Source: Clostridiaceae bacterium (GTDB lineage: Bacteria; Bacillota; Clostridia; Saccharofermentanales; DTU023). From it: a stretch of DNA of 64,000 bases. The stretch is from the NCBI GenBank assembly GCA_012518795.1, contig JAAYRL010000051.1, positions 89-64,088 on the forward strand, given 5' to 3'. Positions within the stretch are counted from its first letter, which is position 1. Each line of letters starts with the position of its first letter. The translations under genes were made by a program, and so were the position numbers. Of this stretch, positions 1 to 8,600 are shown in pieces. The notes beneath the pieces are model-generated. The model had not been told where the DNA came from. It saw only the letters and a program-made list of their open reading frames with translations, and made no database searches.

Positions 1-527
1 ATTTTTTCTGAAATATTTAAAGCGGGATAAATTGGAGATAATGCATTTAAAGTCGGAGTTAAGCTGCCCGTGCCCTGAATTGCGATTAAACCATAACTAT
101 CGGTTTCATTGTATATTGAAACATCGTTTTGCTGATCATACTTTGTCAACATCTCTTGCAAATGGGCAAAATCTTTATCCGTATTTGCAGCGTTGACAAC
201 CAACCAATAATCTTCTGTGTCCAGTTGATAAACCATTAAATCATCCACGACACCGCCATCTTCATAACAGAGAAATGCGTAATTGGTCAATTCCGGATTT
301 TTATGGCTTATTTTACGAGATAAAACGTAATCCAGAAATTCGCCGGCACCTGTTCCTGAAACGCTGATTTCTCCCATATGAGAAACATCAAACATCCCTT
401 GAGCTTGACGAACAGCTAAAGTTTCATCTTTAATGCCTGTATATTGCACAGGCATTTCCCAACCGGCAAAATCGACCATTTTTGCATTAAGTGCAAGATG
501 TTCATCATATAGTATCGTTCTGTTCAT
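1..527 (-). CDS. gcvT: Glycine cleavage system aminomethyltransferase (T protein), N-terminal part; gene continues past the left edge
   Basis: Not in the ORF track because there is no stop in the window. My translation from the ATG at 527..525 gives [58 protein letters not shown], a canonical GcvT N-terminus. A purine-rich SD-like run (GGAAAGTGAG) lies upstream. Confidence 0.85.
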   Translation of the reverse strand, partial: MNRTILYDEHLALNAKMVDFAGWEMPVQYTGIKDETLAVRQAQGMFDVSHMGEISVSGTGAGEFLDYVLSRKISHKNPELTNYAFLCYEDGGVVDDLMVYQLDTEDYWLVVNAANTDKDFAHLQEMLTKYDQQNDVSIYNETDSYGLIAIQGTGSLTPTLNALSPIYPALNISEK

Positions 528-593
528 TGTTCACTCACTTTCCGGACAAATTGTTAAAATAATGTTTGGTTAATTAAATAATACATTAATTAC

Positions 594-653
594 TTATAAA
601 GAGTCACTGAAATTTATAAAGAGTCACTGAAATTTATAAGGAGTCTCCGAAAT
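594..653. repeat. 3 x 20 bp tandem repeat spanning the stop codon of the lyase gene
   Basis: TTATAAAGAGTCACTGAAAT occurs at 594-613 and identically at 614-633. TTATAAGGAGTCTCCGAAAT at 634-653 differs at 3 positions and encodes ...DFGDSL plus the stop on the minus strand. Confidence 0.9.
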
Positions 654-2079
654 CTTGGCGGAAGCGTTTGACAATTTTTTCTTGCCAATCAGAAACCGGT
701 TTCAGTTCACCTACAAAGAAGCGCAATATCTTAGGTTCAAGTGTAAATTCTAAACCTTCGATTAATTCACGATTTTCCCACAGCCAATGAATTCGATCAA
801 TCGCAAATTCAACTTGACTTAAGGTAAATACACGACGTGGCATAGCGCAACGTAGTAATTCCATTGATGCAAAACGTTCGGTTCCGTCAGGGTTACGATC
901 TTCACTGAGTGTACCGCGTTCCATACCACGAATACCGCCTGCCAAATATACGGCAGCAGCCAAGGCAGCAGCGGGATACTGATTTTGCGGAATATTCGGT
1001 ACAAACCTCATCGCATCAAGGTGACAACCAAGTCCTCCCGGAGGTGTTACCACCGGAACACCACGTTTATCTAATTCTTCAACCATATATTTAATAAAGA
1101 GCGGTCCTTGGGAAATCATTTCCATATCCATTGTTTCTTCTAAACCGACCGTAATCGCCGCAATGTCTTTTACGGACATACCGCCGTAAGTATGGAAGCC
1201 TTCATTCAAAACAATTAATTCTTTTAATCGGACTACTAAAGGACCTTCACGCATTGCAATACCGCCACCACGTGCAAAGCCCAATTTTCTTGCGGAGAAA
1301 TAGATAATGTCGCAAAGATCACCGATGATTTTGGTTATTTCTCTAATTGTCAAATCCTGGCACGCAGGATCTTCTTTTTTCATAAAGTAAAGATTATCTT
1401 GCAGTAAGGATGCATCCAACATCAAAGGAGTATCATATGAACGACAAATCTCAGATGTTTGTTTCAAATTATCCAAAGAGAAAGGTTGACCGCCAATCAG
1501 GTTAGTCCCTGCTTCAAGTCTGACATATGGAATACGTTCATGATTTTTCTCAAAAACATCTTTTAACATTCCGATATCAATATTTCCTTTGAACTTCAAA
1601 TCACTCTTACATTCCAAGGCTTCCGGCGGTAATAATTCAACAACTTCACCACCGCAACGCACGATATGTGACTTTGTAGTCGTAAAGTGATAATTCATCG
1701 GAACAATATCACCCGGTTTAACTAAAAGGTCAGACAACACTTTTTCACAGCCACGGCCTTGATGTGCCGGTAAAAAATGATCCATGCCAAACAGTTCTTT
1801 GACTTTAGCTTCTAACTGATAAAAGGATTCACTTCCCGCATAAGCATCATCCGCATTCATCATTGCTGCTAACTGGTTGTCACTTAAAGCATTAACACCA
1901 CTGTCAGTTAACATATCAAGAAAAATGTCTTTATTATGCAACAAATAAAGATTGCTCTTTGCCTCCTGCAATTTTTGCAAGCGCTCTTCAACCGGTAATA
2001 AATGTAATTTGCGAACTACATATACTCGATGACGCTCCAAGGGGATATCTTTTCCACTAAAAAACCGAATCTCTTTCAT
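634..2079 (-). CDS. PLP-dependent beta-eliminating lyase of the tryptophanase/tyrosine phenol-lyase family, TPL-like
   Basis: ORF 634..2094. I place the start at the second ATG (2079), which has AAGGAG 7 nt upstream. Family motifs: DMLTDSGVNA, AHQGRGCE, the PLP-lysine region FSARK, PRRVFT. FTTT and MERG resemble tyrosine phenol-lyase rather than E. coli TnaA (FDTT, VEIG; recalled from memory). Confidence 0.8.
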   Translation of the reverse strand: MKEIRFFSGKDIPLERHRVYVVRKLHLLPVEERLQKLQEAKSNLYLLHNKDIFLDMLTDSGVNALSDNQLAAMMNADDAYAGSESFYQLEAKVKELFGMDHFLPAHQGRGCEKVLSDLLVKPGDIVPMNYHFTTTKSHIVRCGGEVVELLPPEALECKSDLKFKGNIDIGMLKDVFEKNHERIPYVRLEAGTNLIGGQPFSLDNLKQTSEICRSYDTPLMLDASLLQDNLYFMKKEDPACQDLTIREITKIIGDLCDIIYFSARKLGFARGGGIAMREGPLVVRLKELIVLNEGFHTYGGMSVKDIAAITVGLEETMDMEMISQGPLFIKYMVEELDKRGVPVVTPPGGLGCHLDAMRFVPNIPQNQYPAAALAAAVYLAGGIRGMERGTLSEDRNPDGTERFASMELLRCAMPRRVFTLSQVEFAIDRIHWLWENRELIEGLEFTLEPKILRFFVGELKPVSDWQEKIVKRFRQDFGDSL

Positions 2080-2221
2080 ATTATTCTCCTTCATTCATCT
2101 TTTGTTCCGTTAACTTATATTATAATTTTTTTTTAGAATTCTTTTCTTTAGTTAACAGAGCTTTTTTGAGGAATATTTCCTCAGGTTGCTTGACTCTTTG
2201 TGTTTGTTCTTGATGGAGAAA

Positions 2222-2520
2222 TAAAAAAACGCCCCATCTTGTATTCACACAAGAGGACGTTCGGAAAAACGTGTTACCACCTCTTTTTATCTTAGTCTCA
2301 CGGCTAAGACCTCAACGGGTACGGCTGACATTTTATAAAAGCTAAAAGATTATTAATCGGCTTATACCCTAACGCTATCACGGGCGCACCCGGCGTCTCC
2401 TACTAAGAATTTCAGGACGCTGCTCTCGAGATGTATTCAATCAATTTCCGTTTTCTGCCTTGCACCACCCGGCATATCTCTGGAAACTTCCACTGACCTA
2501 CTTGTTCTCGGTCATCGCAA
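2222..2520 (-). promoter_or_regulatory. T-box riboswitch leader, specifier UAC (Tyr)
   Basis: Read on the minus strand: TTGCGATGA (GA/K-turn), AGTA box, AGAGA, GGTGCAA. The specifier-loop 3' side is GAA-TAC-A, closed by a CGAGA/TCTCG helix (codon at 2435..2433). Also a Stem II S-turn and the T-box sequence AGAGGTGGTAACACG (2283..2270) with a UGGU bulge, then the terminator. Confidence 0.8.
2223..2259 (-). terminator. Intrinsic terminator of the T-box leader
   Basis: Minus strand reads CGTCCTCTTGT-GTGAAT-ACAAGATGGGGCG followed by TTTTTTT. It overlaps the 3' half of the T-box antiterminator region. Confidence 0.75.
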
Positions 2521-2529
2521 TTGCAATTA

Positions 2530-2558
2530 ACAATATCACGCCGAAATATTTTTGTAAA
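2530..2558 (-). promoter_or_regulatory. Candidate sigma-A promoter for the T-box leader
   Basis: Minus strand: TTTACA (2558..2553), 17 nt spacer, TATTGT (2535..2530). The predicted start falls a few nt before Stem I. Confidence 0.45.
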
Positions 2559-2642
2559 CCCCGATACTGTTATTTTGTCGTTAGATAGCAAAAAATTTCA
2601 TCTTAATATAGTAATCAGTCAATATTTTGCTCTGAATAATAA

Positions 2643-3500
2643 TCAGTTGACATTAAAAAAACTGAAATAAAGTAAAACTAATATACCCAATGCGATACGA
2701 TAAAAACCGAAAACTTTGAAATCATTTTTCCGGATATAATTCATTAAGAAATTGATAATCAAATAAGATACGGCAAAAGCAACCAACATTCCTACCAGCA
2801 GTGTTGTCCATTCTACAGCTCCCATCAGGCTGTAGTCCATTTTGAACATTTTTAAAGCAGAGGCACCGAACATAACCGGAATTGCAAGGTAGAAAGTAAA
2901 TTCTGCTGCCAGAGTTCTTGACAAGCCAATTAATATACCGCCGAGAATAGTTGCACCGGATCTTGATGTTCCCGGCAACACAGCGGCAATTAATTGAAAC
3001 ACGCCGATAATTAGAGCAATTTTATAGGTAATTTGATCTGAACGCACAATTTTGGCCCGACGATTTTTATTGTAATTTTCAATAATGATAAATGCTATAC
3101 CGACCAAAATTAACATAATGGCAACCGTCCGGTAGTTATAAAAGAGAGCATCAATTTGCTCGTCAAACAATAGGCCAATTATGCCTGCCGGAACACATCC
3201 GACCAGAATCTTCAACCATAAATCAATTATGGATTTATCAACAGTTATTTGTTTTTTACCGGTAGCCGGATTGAATTTCTTGGGAAAAGGCCAGATGTTT
3301 TGCCAAAATAAAAGTACTACTGCGAAAATTGCACCTAATTGAATCACAACGATAAATAATGATTTAAATTGTTCGGAAAGATTCAATGTGACAAATTCAT
3401 CCAAAAGAATCATATGCCCTGTGCTGCTGACCGGCAGCCATTCCGTAATCCCCTCAATAATTCCGAATAAAACTGCTTTGAAAACTTCTATCCACTGCAT
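2643..3500 (-). CDS. uppP: Undecaprenyl-diphosphate phosphatase
   Basis: 285 aa polytopic membrane protein with the hallmark EGITEWLPVSSTGHM motif and the PGTSRSG motif. Confidence 0.92.
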   Translation of the reverse strand: MQWIEVFKAVLFGIIEGITEWLPVSSTGHMILLDEFVTLNLSEQFKSLFIVVIQLGAIFAVVLLFWQNIWPFPKKFNPATGKKQITVDKSIIDLWLKILVGCVPAGIIGLLFDEQIDALFYNYRTVAIMLILVGIAFIIIENYNKNRRAKIVRSDQITYKIALIIGVFQLIAAVLPGTSRSGATILGGILIGLSRTLAAEFTFYLAIPVMFGASALKMFKMDYSLMGAVEWTTLLVGMLVAFAVSYLIINFLMNYIRKNDFKVFGFYRIALGILVLLYFSFFNVN

Positions 3501-3720
3501 ATTAAACTTAACCTCGCTATATTATCAGCAATATCACTCGCTATATTGTATCGGCATACAAAAAAGAATATAGACCAATGCCGCAAGATAAACAACAAAC
3601 AATGTGACAACAATTATTTTATGGTTTCTCTTCTTTAACATCGGTCTATTATAGCACTAATTTATTTTAATAAGATAATACTGAATATTCAGCTAATAGA
3701 TAATAAGAATTTTGGTTGAT

Positions 3721-4896
3721 TTATACTCCTTCTTTTAATTTCATTCTGCGTAAGACAAAAGTCAGTAAAACAAAAACGACTGCCATAATCAACATTACAA
3801 GCATATTTTGGAACATGTATCCGTAATCAATTTTATCGAGCATATTTGACTGGACATGGTAAGCATTGCTGACATCCCAATAAGTCGGAGTAATACTTGA
3901 TATTTTCAATAAAATTTCATTCAGAAAATCTCGCGTGATAAAGATACCGGTTGTAAAAGAGATTGATAATCCCACCATATTTCCGAGAAAAGTACTGCTA
4001 TCTTTTTTCGGGTAAAGATGACAAACAAACAATACTAAAGCTGTTATCGCAATTAGATGAACAAAATTGGAAATGATCAAAAATTGACTTGCTTTAATTG
4101 TCAGATTTTCAAATCCGGTAAATATTAGGGCTACCAGCAGCAGCAACAGCCAGATAACGAACATTACCGTAAATGATGCCAGAAATAATTCTTTGGTTCG
4201 TTTGCCTTCCGGATAACCACTAACCAATTCACGTTTTTTAATCAGTGGATCTTCCATAACTAAAAAAGAATAACCAATTATCGTAAACCCTAGCACAATT
4301 GCTACATAATTAATTTGACTGATAATGTAAGAAAAGATCTTATAACTTTCACTTTGTTGTTTTTCCTGAGCAGCAACTTTCACTGAAGGCATCATAATTT
4401 GGTCAATTTCTGAAATAATTCCGGAAATTTTATCCGCAGGAATATTATTGTCATAAAGAATCCGGTATTGATTCCAAATATTCAAATAGTTGTTAATTTT
4501 ATTTTCAAATGTCATTGCAACTTGTCGATTAAGCATTGAATTTGTTTGTAAATCAAGTGAATTCGGGTCTTTGGCAAAAGTTTCCGAGAAATCCTGCGGT
4601 ATAATTACCAGATAATCCAAACTTTCATCATAAAATTTGTCTGCTATCACATCTCGATCATCCGGCACTTCCACCTGATGATTACCTTGCAAGAGATATT
4701 CTTTGAAATGAGCTGAAAATTCTGATTGCTCATGATCGATGACAGCTACAGCTGCTTCATTCATTGTAAACTCACCATTTTGGGCAGCAACTTGACCACC
4801 GATAATTGAGATTATCAAAATCATTATCATTATATACATGATTGCAAAGCCCTTATGTTTATTTATTATCCGCAAAAATAATTTAAATACTTTCAT
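3721..4896 (-). CDS. ABC-2 type exporter permease (second permease)
   Basis: 391 aa with an N-terminal TM, a large extracytoplasmic loop and a C-terminal 5-6 TM bundle. It overlaps the upstream permease by 14 nt. Confidence 0.75.
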   Translation of the reverse strand: MKVFKLFLRIINKHKGFAIMYIMIMILIISIIGGQVAAQNGEFTMNEAAVAVIDHEQSEFSAHFKEYLLQGNHQVEVPDDRDVIADKFYDESLDYLVIIPQDFSETFAKDPNSLDLQTNSMLNRQVAMTFENKINNYLNIWNQYRILYDNNIPADKISGIISEIDQIMMPSVKVAAQEKQQSESYKIFSYIISQINYVAIVLGFTIIGYSFLVMEDPLIKKRELVSGYPEGKRTKELFLASFTVMFVIWLLLLLVALIFTGFENLTIKASQFLIISNFVHLIAITALVLFVCHLYPKKDSSTFLGNMVGLSISFTTGIFITRDFLNEILLKISSITPTYWDVSNAYHVQSNMLDKIDYGYMFQNMLVMLIMAVVFVLLTFVLRRMKLKEGV

Positions 4897-6145
4897 AGCT
4901 GTTTCTCCTTAAACCGAAAATGGTCAAAATAAACATTATGCCGATTATTATCAAAAGATTAAAGATTTGTTGATTAAATCTGACAAAAGTCGGATCGGAA
5001 TAAAGCATATATAATCCTTTAGAAATAATACCGATCGGATTCATTTTATTAAACCATGGGATATATTGAGCAATAATTCGCGGCATTCCGTTATACATCA
5101 TGCCGGAAGCAAAACCGAATACTAGCGGCAAAGCAATCGAAATACCCATTTTCAAACCGGTATTGAAATTAAATAATGCACCTATTGCAGTCCCAGTCAG
5201 TACAGCACTGGTTGTACCAAGCATTAGCAATACTATGATTTGCAAATAGTTATCCCCTAAATTAACACCGAGTAAATTAACATACAGATAAATCACCAAA
5301 GTAAAAATGCAATGAATAATCCAGCGCGGAATAAAAACTGCAAAAAACATTTTAGTTTTAGAAATAGGTGTTGCAGAATTTCTCAACCCTACCCCGGATT
5401 GATTTGCTGTTATTTCCGTTAAAGTTGTAACCCCTGTATTAAGCGGATAGAATGCGATATAGGCAATACAAGCAAAAAAGTAGATTAAGAGAGGGCTGGT
5501 TGAAAGTTCCGTTGATTCTGACTCATCAGAAAATAAATCAACGGTTTCCTCATGCTTTGCCAGAATATCCATTTTTGTCTGCTCTATGATTGCATTAAAT
5601 TCTTGTTCACTCAACTGAGAGCCGGCAAAACTTGCCAAATCTGAGAATTTTTCATCGGCATATCGGTCGCCGATCATAGTCGTTGTCTTACGTATACTTT
5701 CATATGATTCAAGAAATTGATCCAGCAAACTTGATTTAACTTTGCTTAAATCATTATAAGCCAGTATTTCAACCGGATTGCCGGCCTTGACAACAGCTTG
5801 TACGGCTTGATCTGCCAGCATTTGTTCCGCATTCTCAGCATCAGTTAATTGATATTTTATAAATACATCATCTGACGATGTTTCCTCCGACTTAGTCTGC
5901 TCTGCAATGCCTTCCTCACCGAAATTGTCTAAGAATTCGGCTAAATTATCTGCTTCCTGCTGATCCGAGGCAACAATCGCCAATTTAACAGGATCTTTCG
6001 AAAACTCAGCAGTCGGATCCGAGAAATTCCCCAATGCCAAGAAAAACACCGAAATAAAAACAAAAGGAAAAATAAAATTCCACATCATATTCGCTTTATT
6101 ATAAAAATATATTTTAAAAGAATATTTTAATAAGTGTCTAAACAT
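4883..6145 (-). CDS. ABC-2 type exporter permease (first permease)
   Basis: 420 aa with the same topology as its neighbour. It overlaps the ATPase gene by 8 nt, suggesting translational coupling. Confidence 0.75.
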   Translation of the reverse strand: MFRHLLKYSFKIYFYNKANMMWNFIFPFVFISVFFLALGNFSDPTAEFSKDPVKLAIVASDQQEADNLAEFLDNFGEEGIAEQTKSEETSSDDVFIKYQLTDAENAEQMLADQAVQAVVKAGNPVEILAYNDLSKVKSSLLDQFLESYESIRKTTTMIGDRYADEKFSDLASFAGSQLSEQEFNAIIEQTKMDILAKHEETVDLFSDESESTELSTSPLLIYFFACIAYIAFYPLNTGVTTLTEITANQSGVGLRNSATPISKTKMFFAVFIPRWIIHCIFTLVIYLYVNLLGVNLGDNYLQIIVLLMLGTTSAVLTGTAIGALFNFNTGLKMGISIALPLVFGFASGMMYNGMPRIIAQYIPWFNKMNPIGIISKGLYMLYSDPTFVRFNQQIFNLLIIIGIMFILTIFGLRRNSYESI

Positions 6146-7094
6146 TGTCCTTTAACTCCTTCCCGGTAATTTCTAAGAAAACATCATTCAGAGTCGGCTT
6201 TTTACTGGAAACAGAAATCGGTGTCAAATCATTTTCTTCCAGTAAATGCAGAATTCCCAAAAGACCGATTCCGCCTTGTTTTGTTTTAATTATCAATCTG
6301 CCGTCTTGATAATCCATATGTGAAATATCCGAATTATCATTTAATTCTTGTAAGATATGATTGGGCATACCGTATATTTCAAGTTCAATGTTCTCATCCA
6401 AGGCTGACATTGAAATGATCTCTGCACTGGTTCCGGTAACCAAAACACTACCTTTATCCAGAATCGATAACCTGTCACATAAAATCTCGACTTCTTCCAT
6501 ATAATGTGTCGTATAAACAATCGTTGAGCCTTGAGCTCGTAAATCTTTGACCCCCTCCAAAATCCGATTACGCGACTGAGGATCTACCGCTACAGTCGGC
6601 TCATCCAAAAAAATTAATTTCGGTTTATGAGCGATCCCGCAGGCTAAATTCAATCTGCGTAACAACCCGCCGGACAATTTGGAAGGATTAAATTTAATAA
6701 AATCATTCAAACCGGCAAATTCTATCGCTTCTTCAACCAATGCCTGACGCTCTGCTTTATCTTTAATGTATAAACCGCAAAAATAATCAATATTGCCATA
6801 AACCGTTAATTCTTCATATACGGTAGGTTCCTGCGGAACCAAGCCAATTTGTTGTTTTAAACCATATGCGGTCGGCTTCATTTTTTGACCGAATATTTCT
6901 ACCTCACCTTGATCGTACTTTAACAAGGACAAAATACTATTAATCAAGGTTGATTTGCCGGATCCGTTCGGTCCCAATAAACCAAATATTTCACCTTCAT
7001 AAATTTCCAAGCTCAAATGGTCTATTGCTACTAATTCTTTATAGCGTTTCACTAAATTATCAACTTTTACTGCCACTTCTCGATTCTTTTTCAT
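6138..7094 (-). CDS. ABC transporter ATP-binding protein (ABC-2/DrrA-like)
   Basis: Walker A GPNGSGKST, signature LSGGLLRR, Walker B LIFLDEPT. First gene of a 3-gene operon. Confidence 0.92.
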   Translation of the reverse strand: MKKNREVAVKVDNLVKRYKELVAIDHLSLEIYEGEIFGLLGPNGSGKSTLINSILSLLKYDQGEVEIFGQKMKPTAYGLKQQIGLVPQEPTVYEELTVYGNIDYFCGLYIKDKAERQALVEEAIEFAGLNDFIKFNPSKLSGGLLRRLNLACGIAHKPKLIFLDEPTVAVDPQSRNRILEGVKDLRAQGSTIVYTTHYMEEVEILCDRLSILDKGSVLVTGTSAEIISMSALDENIELEIYGMPNHILQELNDNSDISHMDYQDGRLIIKTKQGGIGLLGILHLLEENDLTPISVSSKKPTLNDVFLEITGKELKDNV

Positions 7095-7382
7095 TTGTTC
7101 ACCTCGTATTATGTAGTTACGCTATCTTATTGTGCGTATTCTTCTTTGCTTGATACTTTGTTATTCTCTTAAATTTGTTATTATATGTTTATATTTATAC
7201 TTGCCAGACTATACATTTTGATTGGATATTGTCGCTTTAAGCAGACTTTACTCAATCAGGTTTAGCTTAAGTCTGAATACAGCTTAAAACATGTTGTTAA
7301 AGTTTAATATTGAAAACTGTCACAATCTGAAATTACAAATGTCATCAACTAATCATTAATAATTGAAATTGTGGAAATAATT

Positions 7383-7490
7383 CGAAGTTTATAAATAATC
7401 AAAAAAACAGAAACCATTGAAAGTTTGTAGATAATCGAAAAAACAGAAACAATTGAAAGTTTGTAGATAATCGAAAGTTTTTAAATAATT
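7383..7490. repeat. Array of four copies of an 18 bp motif, including 2 x 36 bp tandem units
   Basis: GAAAGTTTnTAnATAAT-like copies lie at 7383-7400, 7419-7436, 7455-7472 and 7473-7490. The 36-bp units 7402-7437 and 7438-7473 differ at 1 position. The array ends 7 nt before the kinase ATG. Confidence 0.9.
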
Positions 7491-7496
7491 GAAGTA

Positions 7497-8585
7497 ATGA
7501 AAAATTTTATTAATCTTACATTAATAGCCTGTTGTGCAATAATAACCGCTCTGATTGCAAAATTAGATGAACTAATTATTTTTTCAATTTTTCTGGCTTT
7601 GTTTTTTTATTCAGTTGTATATTTAATCGGTGAACATAAAAATAAAAAAATTGCAGGTTTTGCTTTACCTTTAAGTTATCTGTTTTTTCTTGCTTTAATC
7701 GGTCTTGATTTTGTGTTACCGGCAACTTTTGCCGGATTACCTATAATCGTCTACTACTACACGCACTGGAATCAACTTTGGATTTTATTCAGTTGTTTGT
7801 TCATTCTCGGCGTGCCTAACTACAATATAATAACCTTTAGCTTGATGCTGATTAATTGCGGTTTTTCCATAGTATTAAAGCATTTAACTACTTCATATCT
7901 CAGATTAAGCGAAGTATTTATCGATACAGTGGATCAAAATACCTTAACAACCCGAACCTTGCGCCAACACAATAAGTATCTTATGGAGCAGCAAGAAGTC
8001 GAAAAAGAAAATACTGTATTAGAAGAGCGTAATCGGATTGCACGAGAAATTCATGATAATGTCGGACATAAATTGACCAGCGCTCTTGTACAAATCGGAG
8101 CTTTAGAGCTTACAATGACAGAAGAGGAACAATCTGAAATTAAAGCTCTGCATGCAACATTAGATGAGGCAATGGAACAAGTTCGTGAGAGTGTGCACAA
8201 TTTGCATCGCGAATCAGTTTCAATTGAGAATTCTTTACACAATTTAGTTGTTAGTTACAAATTCTGTGCAGTTGACTTAAATATTAAAATCAAAAACGAG
8301 CCGGATAACAATATAATCCGAGCAATCATGTCAATCACTCGGGAAGCTTTAGCTAACACGGCAAAACATTCCAATGCAGATTTAATTAAAATCAGCTTAA
8401 GTCAAGTCGCAAATAATTACATTTTGTTAATTGTAGATAACGGAAAATCAGGTAAAATTGATGCTAAGAGCGGAATCGGTTTGCTCAATATTGAAGAACG
8501 GGCAATTTTACTAGGCGGAGTAGCAAATTTTTCTACAGAAAACGGTTTTCGAATTTTTGTTCGTTTACCGATAAATAATAGTTAG
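7497..8585 (+). CDS. Sensor histidine kinase, HisKA_3 (NarX/LiaS/DesK) type, multi-TM intramembrane-sensing N-terminus
   Basis: H-box EERNRIAREIHDNVGHKLT. HATPase_c motifs: NTAKHS, DNGKS, GIGLLNIEERA. About 5 TM helices and no large extracytoplasmic domain. Confidence 0.9.
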   Translation: MKNFINLTLIACCAIITALIAKLDELIIFSIFLALFFYSVVYLIGEHKNKKIAGFALPLSYLFFLALIGLDFVLPATFAGLPIIVYYYTHWNQLWILFSCLFILGVPNYNIITFSLMLINCGFSIVLKHLTTSYLRLSEVFIDTVDQNTLTTRTLRQHNKYLMEQQEVEKENTVLEERNRIAREIHDNVGHKLTSALVQIGALELTMTEEEQSEIKALHATLDEAMEQVRESVHNLHRESVSIENSLHNLVVSYKFCAVDLNIKIKNEPDNNIIRAIMSITREALANTAKHSNADLIKISLSQVANNYILLIVDNGKSGKIDAKSGIGLLNIEERAILLGGVANFSTENGFRIFVRLPINNS

Positions 8586-8600
8586 AAAAAGGAATTCTAT

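Noticed and set aside
528-633. Glycine riboswitch upstream of gcvT
   Set aside because: Only ~106 nt separate gcvT from the upstream stop, and most of that is the 20-bp tandem repeat. I could not see the conserved glycine-aptamer core, so gcvT is more likely co-transcribed or driven by a simple promoter.
819-1094. Short ORFs 819..1004 (-) and 909..1094 (+) inside the lyase gene. The same applies to the many similar 60-110 aa track ORFs nested in or antisense to long genes, e.g. 8051..8242, 10584..11096, 14070..15673, 23297..24616, 26857..27342, 29930..30217, 32527..34101, 48166..49133, 52995..53523.
   Set aside because: They lie wholly within, or antisense to, long ORFs that carry clear family motifs. 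They have low-complexity or unbiased composition and no SD. They are typical shadow ORFs of AT-rich DNA.
7383-7490. CRISPR array interpretation of the tandem repeats here and at 61682-61868
   Set aside because: The units are directly abutting with no unique spacers. There are only 2-4 copies and no cas genes in the window.
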